Source: Lophium mytilinum
Lineage: Eukaryota
Direction: 5' to 3'
Assembly (NCBI GenBank): GCA_010093605.1
Contig: MU004183.1
Coordinates: 1,178,001 to 1,242,000, forward strand
DNA: 64,000 bases
Each line of letters opens with the position of its first letter. The first letter of the stretch is position 1. The notes under the pieces are model-generated. The model had not been told where the DNA came from and did not search any database. It saw only the letters and a list, made by a program, of their open reading frames with translations. The position numbers and the translations under genes are program-made. Below, piece after piece: positions 37,501-50,625 of the stretch.

Positions 37501-39258
37501 GACTCTCAGACCAGGAACAACGTCAGAAGAGCGATTCCAGGCCGCAACACAAGGCGGAGCGCCACCTCGTGCTCAGACTATGAGCAACCCTCTCGCGCAA
37601 TTTGCCAACCGCCCTGGTGGTTTCCCAATGGGTGGACCCCCACAGATGGCTCGCACCGGCTCTTTCCAAAACATGTCACAAAACGGCCCCAACTCTCCCC
37701 GAAATGCTAGCTCCAGAGGTAGGGGCAGCAAGCGTGGCACTGGTAACAAGCGGGATGAAGAGATACAGGCGAAACAGATGCCCTTGACCGCCGGCCTAGA
37801 TCTGAAGCCGCTTGAGAAATCGCAGACTGGGTGGAAACCAACGAGCATCGGCGCTCCCCCAGCAACTCAGATCATGAGCGCAGGCCACATGGCCCCAGAT
37901 CTAGTCCAACGGAAGGTCAAGGCTGCTCTGAACAAGATGACTCCGGAAAAGTTCGACCGCATCGCCGATCAGATTCTCGAGATTGCTGCTCAATCCAAGG
38001 AAGAAGCCGACGGGCGAACCCTTCGACAGGTCATTCAGCTCACCTTCGAGAAAGCTTGCGACGAGGCTCACTGGGCATCGATGTATGCTAAGTTCTGTAA
38101 GCGTATGCTGGAGACGATGAGCACGGACATCAAGGACGAAAATGTTCGCGACAAGGCAGGGAATCCTGTAGTCGGTGGCGCACTCTTCCGGAAGTACCTA
38201 CTCAACCGCTGCCAGGAAGAGTTTGAACGCGGTTGGGAGGTCAACCTGCCCCAGAAGCCCGAGGGCGAGAGCCAGGAGGCTGTCTTGTTGTCAGATGAGT
38301 ACTATATCGCAGCCGGTGCCAAGCGAAAGGGCCTCGGCCTGATTCAGTTCATTGGTGAGCTGTACAAGCTGGGCATGTTGACTCTTCGTATCATGCACGA
38401 GTGCGTGTTGAAACTTCTCGACTTCGAAGGCACACCTGATGAGTCTGCTATTGAGAGCTTGGTCAAGCTTCTCAGGACCGTTGGTTTCACCATGGAGAAC
38501 ACGGAGACTGGTCCCAAGATGATCCAATTGTACTTTGAGCGCATCCAAAAGATCATGAGTACCGAGGGCCTCCCAAGCCGTCTGCACTTTATGCTTCTGG
38601 ACACTGTCGACCTACGGAAGAAGGGCTGGCGATCCAAGGATGACCAGAAGGGGCCCAAGACTATTCAAGAGATTCATCAAGAAGCCCTTGCCGCACAGCA
38701 GGCCGCCGAAATGGAGAGGTCTCGGTCGAACCGCGGTGGCGGAGGCAATCGACAGCCCATGGGTCGCGGTGACGCCCGATCTTTCTCTGGAAATAACATG
38801 ATGCCTCCACCCGATTACAACCGCAACCAGCTCGGTATGGATGACCTGCGCAAGCTGACCAAGAATGCTTCCGGTCGGAATCTTAGCAACAGCCCTGCTC
38901 AGCTCGGTCCATCGTCGCTGTTCGGCAGCCGTAGTAGCAGTGGTCGCAAGGGTCTTGGCCCAAGCCTGATGAATCGGACAGACGACTCTGGCGCATCCTC
39001 TCGGACGGGCACTCCACCCGTTCAGAAGGAGAAGGAATCGACAACCCATGTGAACTCATTCAGGTAAACACTCTCCCCGTAAGATTGCATCCTTATCATC
39101 TCTAACTCCATCCTAGTGCACTTGCAGCTCTAGATGCATCCGGCGAAGGCGCTGGCGAAGTTGCTTCTCCCCCTTCTACAACCTCGTCTCCGCCCGTCTC
39201 CAAATCCCAACCACGGGCAGAGGACAAGAAGGACGATGACGCCAAGCCTTCCGAGTAG
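34511..39258 (+). CDS. TIF4631: Translation initiation factor eIF4G
   Basis: eIF4E-binding motif YDKDFLL, MIF4G domain (VQRKVKAALNKMTPEKF...FRKYLLNRCQEEF...FIGELYK...GPKTI) and an E/K-rich coiled coil. Introns 35198-35254, 35672-35887 and 39064-39116. Confidence 0.95.
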
Positions 39259-40801
39259 TGATTAGGTACCCTTTCTTAGTTGGTTTGATGGTACATGCGC
39301 GCGTGTGGATTTTCAAAGAAACCACTCGCGGTAATCTAATCTCTCTGTTGCATAGACCGGGGCATATTCTGCATGCACTGTACTGCATTTCGCGGGGTTC
39401 ACTTTCATTCAATCGTGTCATTACAAGAAGCGCAAAAGTTTAAGTCGTGGGCCTGGGGGAACGGTCAAAAAGAGTGGGGTCGGGAAGCGATGCTGGCTAT
39501 TCCTCCCCTTGTTTTCTTTTTTTGCATGGATTTTATACACATCGGTCGAGGGAGGGGGCTTCCTTTGGCGTTGGGGATGGGTGTTGTGCTTTGCTTTGCT
39601 CATAATTTTCTTTTCCTTTGCGACCAAGCCTTCTTGGGCTTTCTCTGCTCGTCGTGGGACCGTTCACGCTTGTGTACTCGTGTCACTACCGACGCCAGTC
39701 TGTTTCGAGGCATGCCAGGTGGCAATCGAGGCACCTATGTGGTTCCATACCTTTTCTACCTTTTTCCAAGTTCGAGGCTCTTGTGTGCTTGACTTATGTG
39801 TCTTATCCTACAACTTCGGGGTCTTCATTTTTGTCCTTTTCCTTCCACCTGTGCAATCTTTGTTCCGGTTTTCTTGGTTTCTTTTGAGGCTAGTGGGGAG
39901 GGAAGGTCTGGTGCGCTTCCTCTGCCATTCGTTCGTGTCCCCATTTTCTTCTGGGTGGGTGGATGTGATGATAGACTTGACCTACGGGACCCTGTGTATA
40001 ATCTTTTTTAATGCGAGAGACAAACAGAGTTCAAAATATTGCGTACTGCTTGCGTGTATGTGAGGATCAGAAAAAGATCCATGTCTGAACGCCGCGCTGA
40101 GTCGACTTCGCAAGCTTGGTAGCTCTCTAACCTTAGGGACAGAAATCTGGTAGATGACACGAACCGGTGCGCCTGGTCTACCGTGGGAAAGTTATCGGTA
40201 TCTGATGGCAAAGCAACAGCCTCATCGCGAAGATGAAGTTTAGCACACGGCAAGTCACGTCCGACGAATCATCTAACGCTAGAAATTGAACTCGGCATCT
40301 TTCTCTGCAACTCTTCACGCCTCTAATCCAGCAAACTGATCTTCAGGCGGCACGTACAATTGATGGGTGCTGGTCTTAGGTCAAGGAGTCTAGATTCCTC
40401 TCGGTCCTCGCACTCTCCCCTCCGAATTCTGAAGATACCACAGAGCCCACACGACCTGCCGTCCCGTCTAGTGTCAGCGGGGTTGAGTAATGCTGTGGTT
40501 GGACTAAGTCAAAGGGGTGGCGAAAGGTGTATAGAGACTGCAGCCTGATTGGGCAGTTGGCGCGAACGTGGCGCGACCTCCCCTGCTCTGATCAAGCGGG
40601 ATGATGGAATGGGTGCAGGGTTTGGGCATCACTGGGGAGGAGATGTGGCTTTTGTGGGGTCGGACGTCATAACGGCGAGGAGATGTTATATATAAGGACA
40701 GTCGATCGACTCGTGAAGTTAAGGCAACTTGGTTACATTACTGCGTTACCATTATACAGATTTCACTGTCGAAATCGAAACATCAAGTCACATCTAGCAA
40801 T

Positions 40802-41365
40802 ATGGCCGAAGAACAACAAAGCAAGGGTGAGATCGGTCCAAGTTTCCTCTCTACAACCAGCTGAGAAAAGGAAAGGCATGTTCGGCACCGTCACTTCCGG
40901 TCTCGGTATGCATCCACTGTCTTGTTGTTGGATTGGATCTAGTCTCTGACCCTTTCTAGGCAATGTCGGAAGCGGCGTGACGAACACAGTCGGAAAAGGC
41001 GTCGGGGGGGTCACCAATACACTTGGTACGCTGTACCCCAAAGCCTCGTCCCAATGTGGTCATTTAGAGGTCCCATCGTCTAACTCATAACGCTCCTCAG
41101 GCGACACCGTTAGCGGCGTTGGAAAAGGTCTTGGTGACACTGTTGGCGGCGTGACGAAGGGCGTTGGTGATACTACAAAGGGTAAGTTCGAGTCCATGTT
41201 GTGATTGACTAGGTCTGTCTGCTAGGACATATTATTGACAAGATGGTTGTAGCTGCGGGCGGCATGGTCACCAACACAACCGACAAGGCCGGCGAGACTA
41301 TGGGAGGGAAGAAGGCCGACGCGGGAGGGAAGAAATCGGATGACGAGAACCACCTCGGATTGTAA
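40802..41365 (+). CDS. Small Gly/Thr-rich protein with 11-mer repeats (LEA/hydrophilin-like), 5 exons, ~105 aa
   Basis: Splices to MAEEQQSKGMFGTVTSGLGNVGSGVTNTVGKGVGGVTNTLGDTVSGVGKGLGDTVGGVTKGVGDTTK...DENHLGL*. Four short GT-AG introns; TATATATAA near 40687. Confidence 0.75.
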
Positions 41366-41669
41366 GGGTATTTCGGTTGAAATTAGGACATGGAACGCAA
41401 ATTGGGAACACAAGGTGACCGCTTTCTTCAGTCGAAATAATCTAGTCATGTAAGATTAATGAAGTATTATGACAATAAAGTTTGGTGCTGTGATGACTTC
41501 GTCCAGTCCTTTGTTTTCAAAGCTTCCGGTATTTTAGTTTCGTGTCTATGGAGCGTACTGTTTGCCTTGTATCAGGGAATCAGCTGATAATTAGTCATGA
41601 TGGTGGGCGGAAATGACTGAATTGAGAAAGTGCCTGGCAGCTTAGATATAATTTTATTGTTAAGTATGT

Positions 41670-42887
41670 TTACTCGTCGGACCATTTTGGCTTCTCTTTT
41701 GCCGCGAAAGCAGCCATGCCTAAACCATCATTAGTGAACTGAGCTCGTAGAAAGCCCCAATGCTAGATGTACTTGCCGATTTTCTGATCCTTACTTCCAA
41801 ACAAGCTGTGGAAAACCCTCCTCTCGAAGTCCACACCCTCTTTGATTCCTTGGTCCTGGCTTTTGTTTACAACCTCCTTAGCAGCCTTGACGGCGATCTT
41901 GCTATAGCTCGCAATCTTCTCTGCGGTCTCAATCGCTCCGTCCAAACACTCCTGGGGCGTCTCAAACGCCTTTGACGCTAATCCCCACTCGGCAGCCTTC
42001 TGCCCGTCGAAAGTGTCTCCTGTCAAGATCAGTTCCATAGCCCTTGACTTCCCGATCGCCCGCGTCAACCGTTGTGAGCCTCCCGCGCCTGGGATCGTGC
42101 CGAGTTTGATCTCGGGCTGGCCAAAGGTGGCGCTTTTGGAACAATATAGGATGTCAGCCATCATGGCGAGCTCGCAGCCACCACCGAGGGCGTAGCCCCT
42201 GACGGCAGCAATAATGGGCTTTTTGATACGGACGGTCAAGTCGGACCAATTTTCGATAAAGTCGTCGCCGTAGGCGGCGGAGAAGGTCAAGTCCTTCATT
42301 TCCTTGATGTCCGCACCAGCTGCAAGGATTAGTATGACTGACGGGAGTATTTTTGAGCTTTGCATCAGGGCGTCGCACCTGCGAACGCTCGATCATTTCC
42401 TGTTATCACGATGGCGCCTATTGTCTTGCTTGAATCGAGGTCCTTTAGAGCTCCGTTGAGCTCGACGATGAGGGGCGAGAAGAGGGCATTGAGGGCCTTT
42501 GGGCGGTTGACGGTCACTAATATAGTAGCATTGTTAGTGCTTGCTATACTTTGACGAACAGTATGGTGACTCGTCGCAGGTATGCGCACTCTTCTGCCAC
42601 TGCTTGGAGCAGCCCAGCGGGTGCCCGGATTTTGAAAGTATTGGGTAAACCTCCGTCTAAAATGTGAATTGGATGATATATTGAAGAGATGTGAAACCTA
42701 GAGACGAGTGCATTTGAGCAGGCGTTATATGGTTCGAGCTCTTACCTAAACCAACCCCAGCTTTTGGATTCGATACAATGATATGCTCGTATGTGGTCGA
42801 TGAGGTGTAAGACCGGACAATACGGGGAAGTGTGGATGGTAGGAATTGGGAGGAGACCCTCCTCGTTGTCCTGAGTGAAGCAAGCAT
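41670..42887 (-). CDS. echA: Mitochondrial short-chain enoyl-CoA hydratase (crotonase family)
   Basis: Arg/Ser-rich presequence, [31 protein letters not shown] and [20 protein letters not shown]. Three introns, the last GC-AG. Confidence 0.92.
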
Positions 42888-43293
42888 TTCAATTGGGAAT
42901 TAGCAGCAAAAGCGGTGGAATTGAAGGTTGGATGGAGTCGCGTCGCGATGCGGCTATTTCCTAGCTACGGAGGTATTCTACCGAGCACTACCGAAAGCGG
43001 TCAGATAATGCCGTCACGTGCACCGCTAGGGTCGGAAAATTGGTTCCGCCCGCCGATTTTTTGGTCTAAGCCAATACGGGAAGGCGTCAGATTTCCCAAG
43101 GCCAACCTGGTGAATCTGGAGCCAAGGCTGAGCTGCGTGGACACGATCGACGTCGCCAGCTAAACTTTACGTCGCAACAATTCCACCACCAAAACCCCAA
43201 CAACACCCTCCTACACCTACAGCTACCCGAATCACTTCCACCGCGTCTCCCACTCTACACAAATTCAAGGCTCCACCGCCGCAGCCCTCCACA

Positions 43294-44069
43294 ATGGATG
43301 CGCCTGAGCCCGACACCCCTTTCGCCGCCGTCACGGCGCAAACCTCAAAATATGGACGGGTGAGTTGAACATCCCCCTGGGTCTTGCAGTGCGAAGAGAA
43401 GTAGCGCTGACTCTGTGGCATACAGATATACCAGGCCTACCTGGACAAATCCACGCCCTTCATGACCTACCGGTGGGTGGGGACGGCAGCGCTCTTCATC
43501 TTCTTCGCGTTGCGCATCTTCTTCGCCCAAGGATGGTACATTGGTCAGTAATCGCAGTGCAGGTTGTTTGAAAACTAGGTGCTGACTTTCTACATAGTGG
43601 CTTACTCCCTCGGTATCTACCTCCTGAACCTCTTCCTCGCGTTCATTTCTCCCAAGTTCGACCCCTCGTTAGAGCAGGATGAGGGCATGGAGGACGGCCA
43701 AGCCGGCGGCCTACCCACCAAGGAGGAGGAGGAGTTCAAGCCCTTTGTGAGGCGCCTGCCAGAGTTCAAGTTCTGGTACTCGACCACCAAGGCCATCGCC
43801 ATCGGCTTTGTGTGCAGTTGGTTCGAGATCTTCAACCTGCCCGTTTTCTGGCCCGTCCTGGTGGTATACTGGCTTATTCTGTTTGGCCTGACGAGTAAGT
43901 TGAGCTCTAGTCGAGGCTGAACACCGCTTCGGATAATTCCATATGGCATCAGTGCGTTGCGTACAAGGCTGACCGAACCACAGTGCGGAGGCAAATTCAG
44001 CACATGATCAAGTACCGCTATGTTCCCTTCACGGTTGGCAAGACACGGTACCCCGGCGCTGCGAAATGA
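43294..44069 (+). CDS. RER1: Rer1 Golgi-to-ER retrieval receptor, 4 exons
   Basis: YQAYLDKSTP..YRW, QGWYIVAYSLGIYLLNLFLAFISPKFDP, EFKPFVRRLPEFKFW and VFWPVL...MRRQIQHMIKYRYVPF-type C-terminus. Confidence 0.95.
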
Positions 44070-44528
44070 TGAATACCTGCGGCATTATATTTTCTCAGCA
44101 AGTTCATGCGTACGAGTATTGGATCTGTGGTTATAAGGTTATGGACTCGGTTTGCTGGCTCGGATCATAAGCATAGACAGCGCTTAAAGGTTTCACTTGG
44201 CCTATGTTTGGCCCTCTAGGGAGCGGCGTCTGCATCGTAGCAAAGTATCTATTTAACTCTGGGGACTCCGGTGGGTATGAATGGTGGTGTATGCGCCCGT
44301 GTCTGGGGCGCTACGGCTATTAATGGATCAGAATTAGTCGTGTATTAGTCGCCTAGTCACAGTAATAGAAGAAGAACATGGATTAAGTCACTCGAGGGCA
44401 TTATATCGAGCTCTCAAAACGTCTAATTGTTGCTGGTCCACATGCGAAAACGCTGAGAGGTTAAAAACACAAGGCCGAAACTCCGCTTCTCAGGTACTAG
44501 ACCCCTCCCTTTGTGTAACTCACGACAG

Positions 44529-46581
44529 CTACCACCCAAACTTCTCCACCACGACCTTGACGTCTTTCCCTTCCCTTACCCACCCCGCACACACATTCCT
44601 CACATCTCGAATCATGCCATCGGGACCAGAAACAACTACCCCCGACCCAGAGCTGTTGGCTGTCTTTCCAACCCACTCACTCAGGTACCCCTTGACGTCT
44701 GGTCGTCCTGCCTCCATGGTCGGTGCCGTGATCACAACACGCAACCCCCAACTCTTCAGCTCCTTCAATCGCTCTTCTGGTAGCCATGAGAGATGCTCGC
44801 GCGCATGCACGACCCAGAGAAGATGCGCACGTGGTCGCCTAGCCACAATAGTTGTGGATTCGGGATCCGACGAGGAAGATGAAGGAGCTAGGAGGGCCCA
44901 AAGGAGTGGGAATGCGACCGCAATGCCGGAGCCGCCAGCCACTACGACTGCATTTGGAGTTGAGCGGAGCGTTTCAAGAGCGTGTGAGGACCCATATGGC
45001 CCGTCGAGGCGGATAGTGGTGTTGGGATGAGTGCGGGCGTATTTAATGAGAGTATGGGTGAAGCCCGATTGAGCACGGATGAGGAGGTGAAGCCAGGCGT
45101 GAGTTGGGGTATCCGAGGATGCCGAAGGAGATGGAGCGGCCGAGAAAATGGTGTACGGGTGCGCTTGGACCCACGAAAGTGAATGTATAGACAGGAAGAG
45201 GTGATCGGTAGGTGCCCTTTTTCATGCCGATGTTGTCAGCTTGCATTAGTTTGTAGCTCTAGTCGAAAGACGTACCAGCCATGTTCGATAGTTTGTCGCG
45301 ACGGATGAAGAGGATGAGAACTCGGTGGTATGTCCCAATTTGCGGAGACGGATACCGTTTCCCCATCTTCGAGAACGGACAGTGTGGCACGAGTAGTGTG
45401 TGTTTTAAGCCCTAGGCGGAAGACTACACGGTCTAGGAGGAAGATAAGAAGAGCAATACCTTTTCACCGTTAGTCTTCACGAGTATCGACGCAGCGTTCA
45501 ACTTACCGACGTAGGGCTGACTCGTCTTATAGTGGAACCAAAGCAGAACTAGGGCGCTGGCTTGAAGAAACACATGAAGAGCTAGAAAAAGCTCGTAGAA
45601 ACGTCTTCGAAAACTTCCAAGAGATGTAAGGTAGATTAGTTGGTATGCAACGAAAGCCAAAAGCCCAAGGAGAGTAAGTCTATTGAATAGAAACCGTGCG
45701 AGCGAAAATCCAATGTGTCTAAGCATGCCATACCATACTCCTAGCATACCACCAAAATGTAGAAGGGCTGCAAAGCACATCACCTCACCAACCCGACGGT
45801 GAAATATATTCAGAGCTTCGTAAGAGTAGCCAGTCAACCATTTGATTGGTTGATTCTTTGCCGCGAAAAGATACAAAAGAGGCAGATTAGAAACGAATAT
45901 AAGGCCGCAGCGGTCGGCGAAGACGAACAGATACTGCAGAGACATTGGCATCCGATATAACGCGTAAAAGACATTTAGCCCGAGGAATGCAAGGACTACG
46001 AGGGACACTCCATTAGGCGGAAGCGTCTTGATGAATATCGGAATCGGCTTTGGTTGGTACATCAGCCATGCTTGCACATAATGCGATATTCCAGCCGACG
46101 TCGTGGATATCTTTCTCTGTCCTGGCAATAGTGGCTCACGTTCGTCGTCGATCGCTGTTTTCGAGGCATCCGGTGGCGTCGATGTCCCTTCGAGTGTGCT
46201 ACTAGATGATGACGAAGATCCTTCCACAAGTTCTTGCTCTCCTTGCTCTGTCCCTTTGTATTCAAATTCTTGTTCGGCTGCGCTTATCGCCATGGCTCTT
46301 CTCCTTCGGGCCATGGCCACCCGCTCTCCCCAATGCCATATGGCAAATAATAGAAGTAATCCAATGAGAACGACATTGTATGACAAGAGCAGTCTTCTTT
46401 GGTACCGTACTGCCTCTACCAGCTTTCGAAACCGTGGGTCTTTCCCCGGATCCTCTAGGTCTGCACCGCCGTCCAGCGCCCATATACTGTCGTCATCGAC
46501 TCCAGGGATTAAAGGCATAGGGTTGGGCGAGGGAGAAACCCGAAGGACGGCCCGCACCCATTCGAGAGGAACACTATCCAT
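44529..46581 (-). CDS. Ferric/cupric reductase (FRE family)
   Basis: DRCG..FVSNLPLLY..AAKN, LNIFHRRVG...LLH, FYELFLALH, HPFT-like FAD motif, DGPYG, AGGSGIA, VSGP and EKFGW C-terminus. Confidence 0.9.
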
Positions 46582-46743
46582 GGGAATGGATGGGTGCGAG
46601 AATCAGTACAGGTACGAAGTATGAACTTGATGTTGCAGTTGGACAATGACGGCCGCTTTCGCTGGAGGGGTGACAGCGAGTCACGCTCGGATCTCGGGAA
46701 CTCTGCAGTACTCCGGCACGTGGGGTAGGCCCCGCCCATTCAC

Positions 46744-46752
46744 ATCTGATAA
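46744..46752 (+). promoter_or_regulatory. SreA/Sre1-type iron-responsive GATA site (ATCTGATAA)
   Basis: Exact ATCWGATAA consensus about 165 bp upstream of the ferric reductase ATG. Confidence 0.5.
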
Positions 46753-47185
46753 CAAATGTAGATCCATGGAAACCTCCCCGAGAACTTGGCACTGCACTGA
46801 CAGATTTGGTGCAGTTCCCGAGATCCAGATTGGGCATACGCAGTCCACATCAACAAACACAGCAGTTGGTGCAGGTTAGTATTCAAAATGTTAATAATAC
46901 AGAAAATTTCTAGATTGTCACAATGTACGCTAAATACGCCTAATCGCTATACAGACAAAGCAGAAAGCCATTCCACTCGAGCCGGGCCATGCCTTCGATT
47001 CCATAGCCACTTGATTGAACGCCGAGATGCCAGTAGCAGGAAGATATTGCATCGCTAAAGTTAATATAGACGTAGAAAAGACCGAAAGCACCAGTGTGAT
47101 GAGCCTCAGCAACGCACTTATGATACAGAACAACTGGCGAACGAGAAGAAGAAGACTAGCTATGACTTGGTCCTTCAGGGTTTAT

Positions 47186-49965
47186 TCAGTGCAGAAGGCT
47201 ATCGGCAGCCCTGCCTAAGATATCCGCTGACTTCTGCACCTGCTGTTGAGCAAGCTTCCAATCTCGCGCATCAAGAGCATCTCGTACGAATGGGAAGAAC
47301 GCTGCATCGTACCCTGATCCAGACGCGTCGGGGGCAAAGAGGATGTGTTTGTATTGCTCGCGGCCTGGTATCTGTGAGACAAAGTTAGTGTAAGCACCAG
47401 TCTGTGGGCTCACGGATTTTGTCTTACTCCGTGGGGTTTCTTGTCACTTCTGCCCTGCGGCAAGTCCAGCAGATGTGACTCGAAATCGGACATTTTGGCG
47501 TTGAACGCGAGACGATGAACCATTAACGTGTTGCTTTCGAAACCTCCTCCAGTCCCGTATACTTGACCAGACCAGAAATCCTCCCAGTTTGTGAATTCCT
47601 TGGCGTTCTTTTCAAATTTAGACGATGCCTTCTGAAGAGGCATGGCATTGAAGTCGTCGTTTCCGATGCTACGCGCAAATTTCTCCAAGTCGTCGACATA
47701 TCCCTTGATAGCTGCTGCGTAGTCGTCCATGTTGTACGGCATGATAGGTTCCTGGGCAAGTTCGAGAATCAGAAGAACCCAGAGCTCGGCCAGAGTCCGG
47801 TGAAGATTAAAATGAGGGTCTATGAAACGCTCGAGAAGCTCGAACGTTTCGTAACAGCTGTGATAGGGGTATTCGGGTCCTTTGAAGCCAAAGTCGATAC
47901 TTGAGCAGCCCGCCATATCTTGGAATGCCACGTAGTCGCTCCCTGCTCCCAAGCCTCCGAGTTTGCTACCGGTCTGATCCCACACTTCACGCAATGTCTT
48001 GTTGTGGACAGGGTCAGCAACTCGATTGAGAACGCGTAGCCAAGCGTGTTTGAATAATGGTGAGCCATCGGCGTAGAGCTCGTCTCCCGAAACGCCCACG
48101 TCAACGTTGATGTACGCTATAGCATCAGCGCGCAGTGCGTCCATGCGTGACTCGACATATTCCGTAGATCCAATCAAGTTATATTCCTCAGCATCCCACG
48201 ACGCAAATTCAATTGTCCGCAGAGGTCGCCAGCCAGTCGCACGAAGAGCTCCAAGAATGTCAATGACCTCAAGCATCACGGCAGTGCCGCTTCCGGGATC
48301 CACGGCTCCAAAGCACCAGGAATCTCGGTGATTCCCAACGATTATCTTCTTTTCCTTCGATTCAATGCCTTCAAAGGTGCCCATGACATTGTAGATCAGC
48401 TGCTTGTCGGACTCGTCCTGGATATTTTGCAGAAGCACCTTTGGAGAAGTTTTGTCGCCAGACCACCACTCTGCAATGTCTGGAACACCACCAATCCATT
48501 CCGCCGGAAGCTTTTCTCCGTGTCCTTTCAGGGCTGCGAGGAGCTTTTGCGCATCGCTCCAGGATAACGGAAGGCTTGGGATCTTTACGAGGGCAGGGTT
48601 GCCATCTTTGCTGATTCGATCGGCTTCCATAGTACTAGCATACCCAGGAGTCAAGACATCTCCAGCAATCCAGCTAGTGAGGGCCACTGTGCCCCTTTGC
48701 ACGCTATCTCTTGGTCGCCATCGCCCATTCGGCCATGGTGCCCCTTTGATGAATCCGTCTTCTTGCGGGTCCGAATATATAAGACAACCAGAGGCTCCAG
48801 CGTCCTGGGCTGCTTTGACCTTCATGCCCCTGTCAGTCTGTGTTCCACCATAACGCACAAGAATGATGGAGCCGGTGACGTCGATATGGCTGTCAGCCAG
48901 CCTTTTAAAGTCCTCTTTGGAACCATAGTTGGCATATATCAATGGACCAGTAGCATTTCCGGATTTGGAGAGCCCATGGAACACAGGTGTTTGTTGTTGC
49001 TCAGGCGTAGGATGTTCATACACCGATTCTTCTTCCAGTTTTGCTTCCCAAGCCATGTCAGGTGGATCGATAATAGCGACTCGGCGGCCACCCTCCTTAG
49101 GGTAGTTGAGGTAAACGTGAAAACTAGCATTGTTAGCAGTTGTAGTGATGTATCAAAAACCCGAAACCCACAAGTCGTGATCAATGTTGTCCATTCCCGC
49201 GGCCCTGAACCTCCCCTCGATCCACTTCCCCAAATACAAGCTTCCCTCCGACCCGGCCACATGGTCATAAGAAGTTATGTGTCTTAGGTTCTCCACTATC
49301 CGCTCCTTCTTTACGCTCCCTTGAGCAAAGCTCCGCACCCATTCCGGGTTAAAGGGCTGTCCGAACGCATTGTTTCCCACTGGCAGCACCTCCGACACAA
49401 ATAGTAGATATATGAGCGATACAATGATAAACAGCCCTAAGAGTCGTGCGATGACCGACCACCCAGGTCTATACTGCTCCGGTATCCGCGGTAACCGATC
49501 TGTCAACCATTCAAACTTGGGCCAGGGTATGCTGAAGTTGAAGGCCGGCCATTTCCACTTGGTGGTCAGACTCGAGAAGCGTTTCGACAATGTCAAGCGC
49601 ATGCGCGCCCGCCGAGCTGCGCCATCCTCGGCTGCCTCTGCGTCTAAAAAGTCCATTTCCTCGATATCCCGCCGCAGCGCGCCCTCCTCAGCGTCCGCCA
49701 TCACCTCCGGAAGGTCCAGGTCGTCATCGCTATCCTCGCTCGATCGCACGGACTGAACAGATGGCGCGTGGTACCCATTGCGACGGCGGGAAGTAGATGT
49801 ACTGGCGACAGAGGAACCCAGGAGACCCTGCCGTTCCGAATCGTCGCTGATTTCCGAGGGGCCAAGGCGAGATTGCGAGGAGGGGGGGCGTGATGAGGTG
49901 GCCTCTTCGTAGGTGGGTATAGGGAGGTGTTCGTGGGCGTCGTAAAGGTGCTTTTCGTCAACCAT
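47186..49965 (-). CDS. Glutamate carboxypeptidase II / transferrin-receptor-like type II membrane protein (Tre1/Vps70-like, M28B), 3 exons
   Basis: N-terminal PTYEEA (PY-like) motif, single TM helix, PA domain (YANYG..EDF, LIYSDP..DG, SVQRG), M28 motifs GNHRDSW, GAVDPGSG, SWDAEEY and YHSCYE, and a TfR dimerisation tail (KHILFAP...FPFVRDA). Confidence 0.9.
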
Positions 49966-50625
49966 TTGAGGAGTGGTAAGGGACACCAGGTCCCTGGTCG
50001 TTAATGGTTAGACGTTAAATAGCCCGAGGGGTTGGTGGTGAGGTGATTAGATTTGTAAGGGCTACCGCGAGCCCATGATAATTTACAGAGGAAGAGGTAG
50101 ATTATACTGCGGAATAGTCCACACAGAGAAGAAGGTCAAAAAAAGGAGCGGTACATCGATAGCTGGGGGTGGAGTGCTCCTAGTGAGGCTGACGATTGAG
50201 AGGTGTTTGGGAACAGGAGGCCCCGACTTGGATCATCCCGCCAAGCACCACCACTCTTCGATCCAAGCCGATTGCTTTTATCCATCCTTCACGCCTTACT
50301 CAAAACCATGGCCATTTGAAAGATTCCGGTCCAGAATTAATGATCAGAAAACATGATTATGTACAATATCTAGCAACACACTCTTTGGGCCTGCTGATGA
50401 ACTCCTCTCGAATCCAAAGGTCATCATGTAGCTTACTCCTGCCATCAACACCGCCCTTTGCAGCCCTTAGTTTTACATCAACGGCCACCCATTCGAACAG
50501 GCCCTCATCGTCTACACTCATCCACACAGGTCGCGTTCGTCCCATGGCTAGGTCCCAGAACTAATCTGATGATGGGCATTCCCCGTCCTTGAACTCCTAC
50601 AACTACCTGGCAACTTTCTCTGCAT

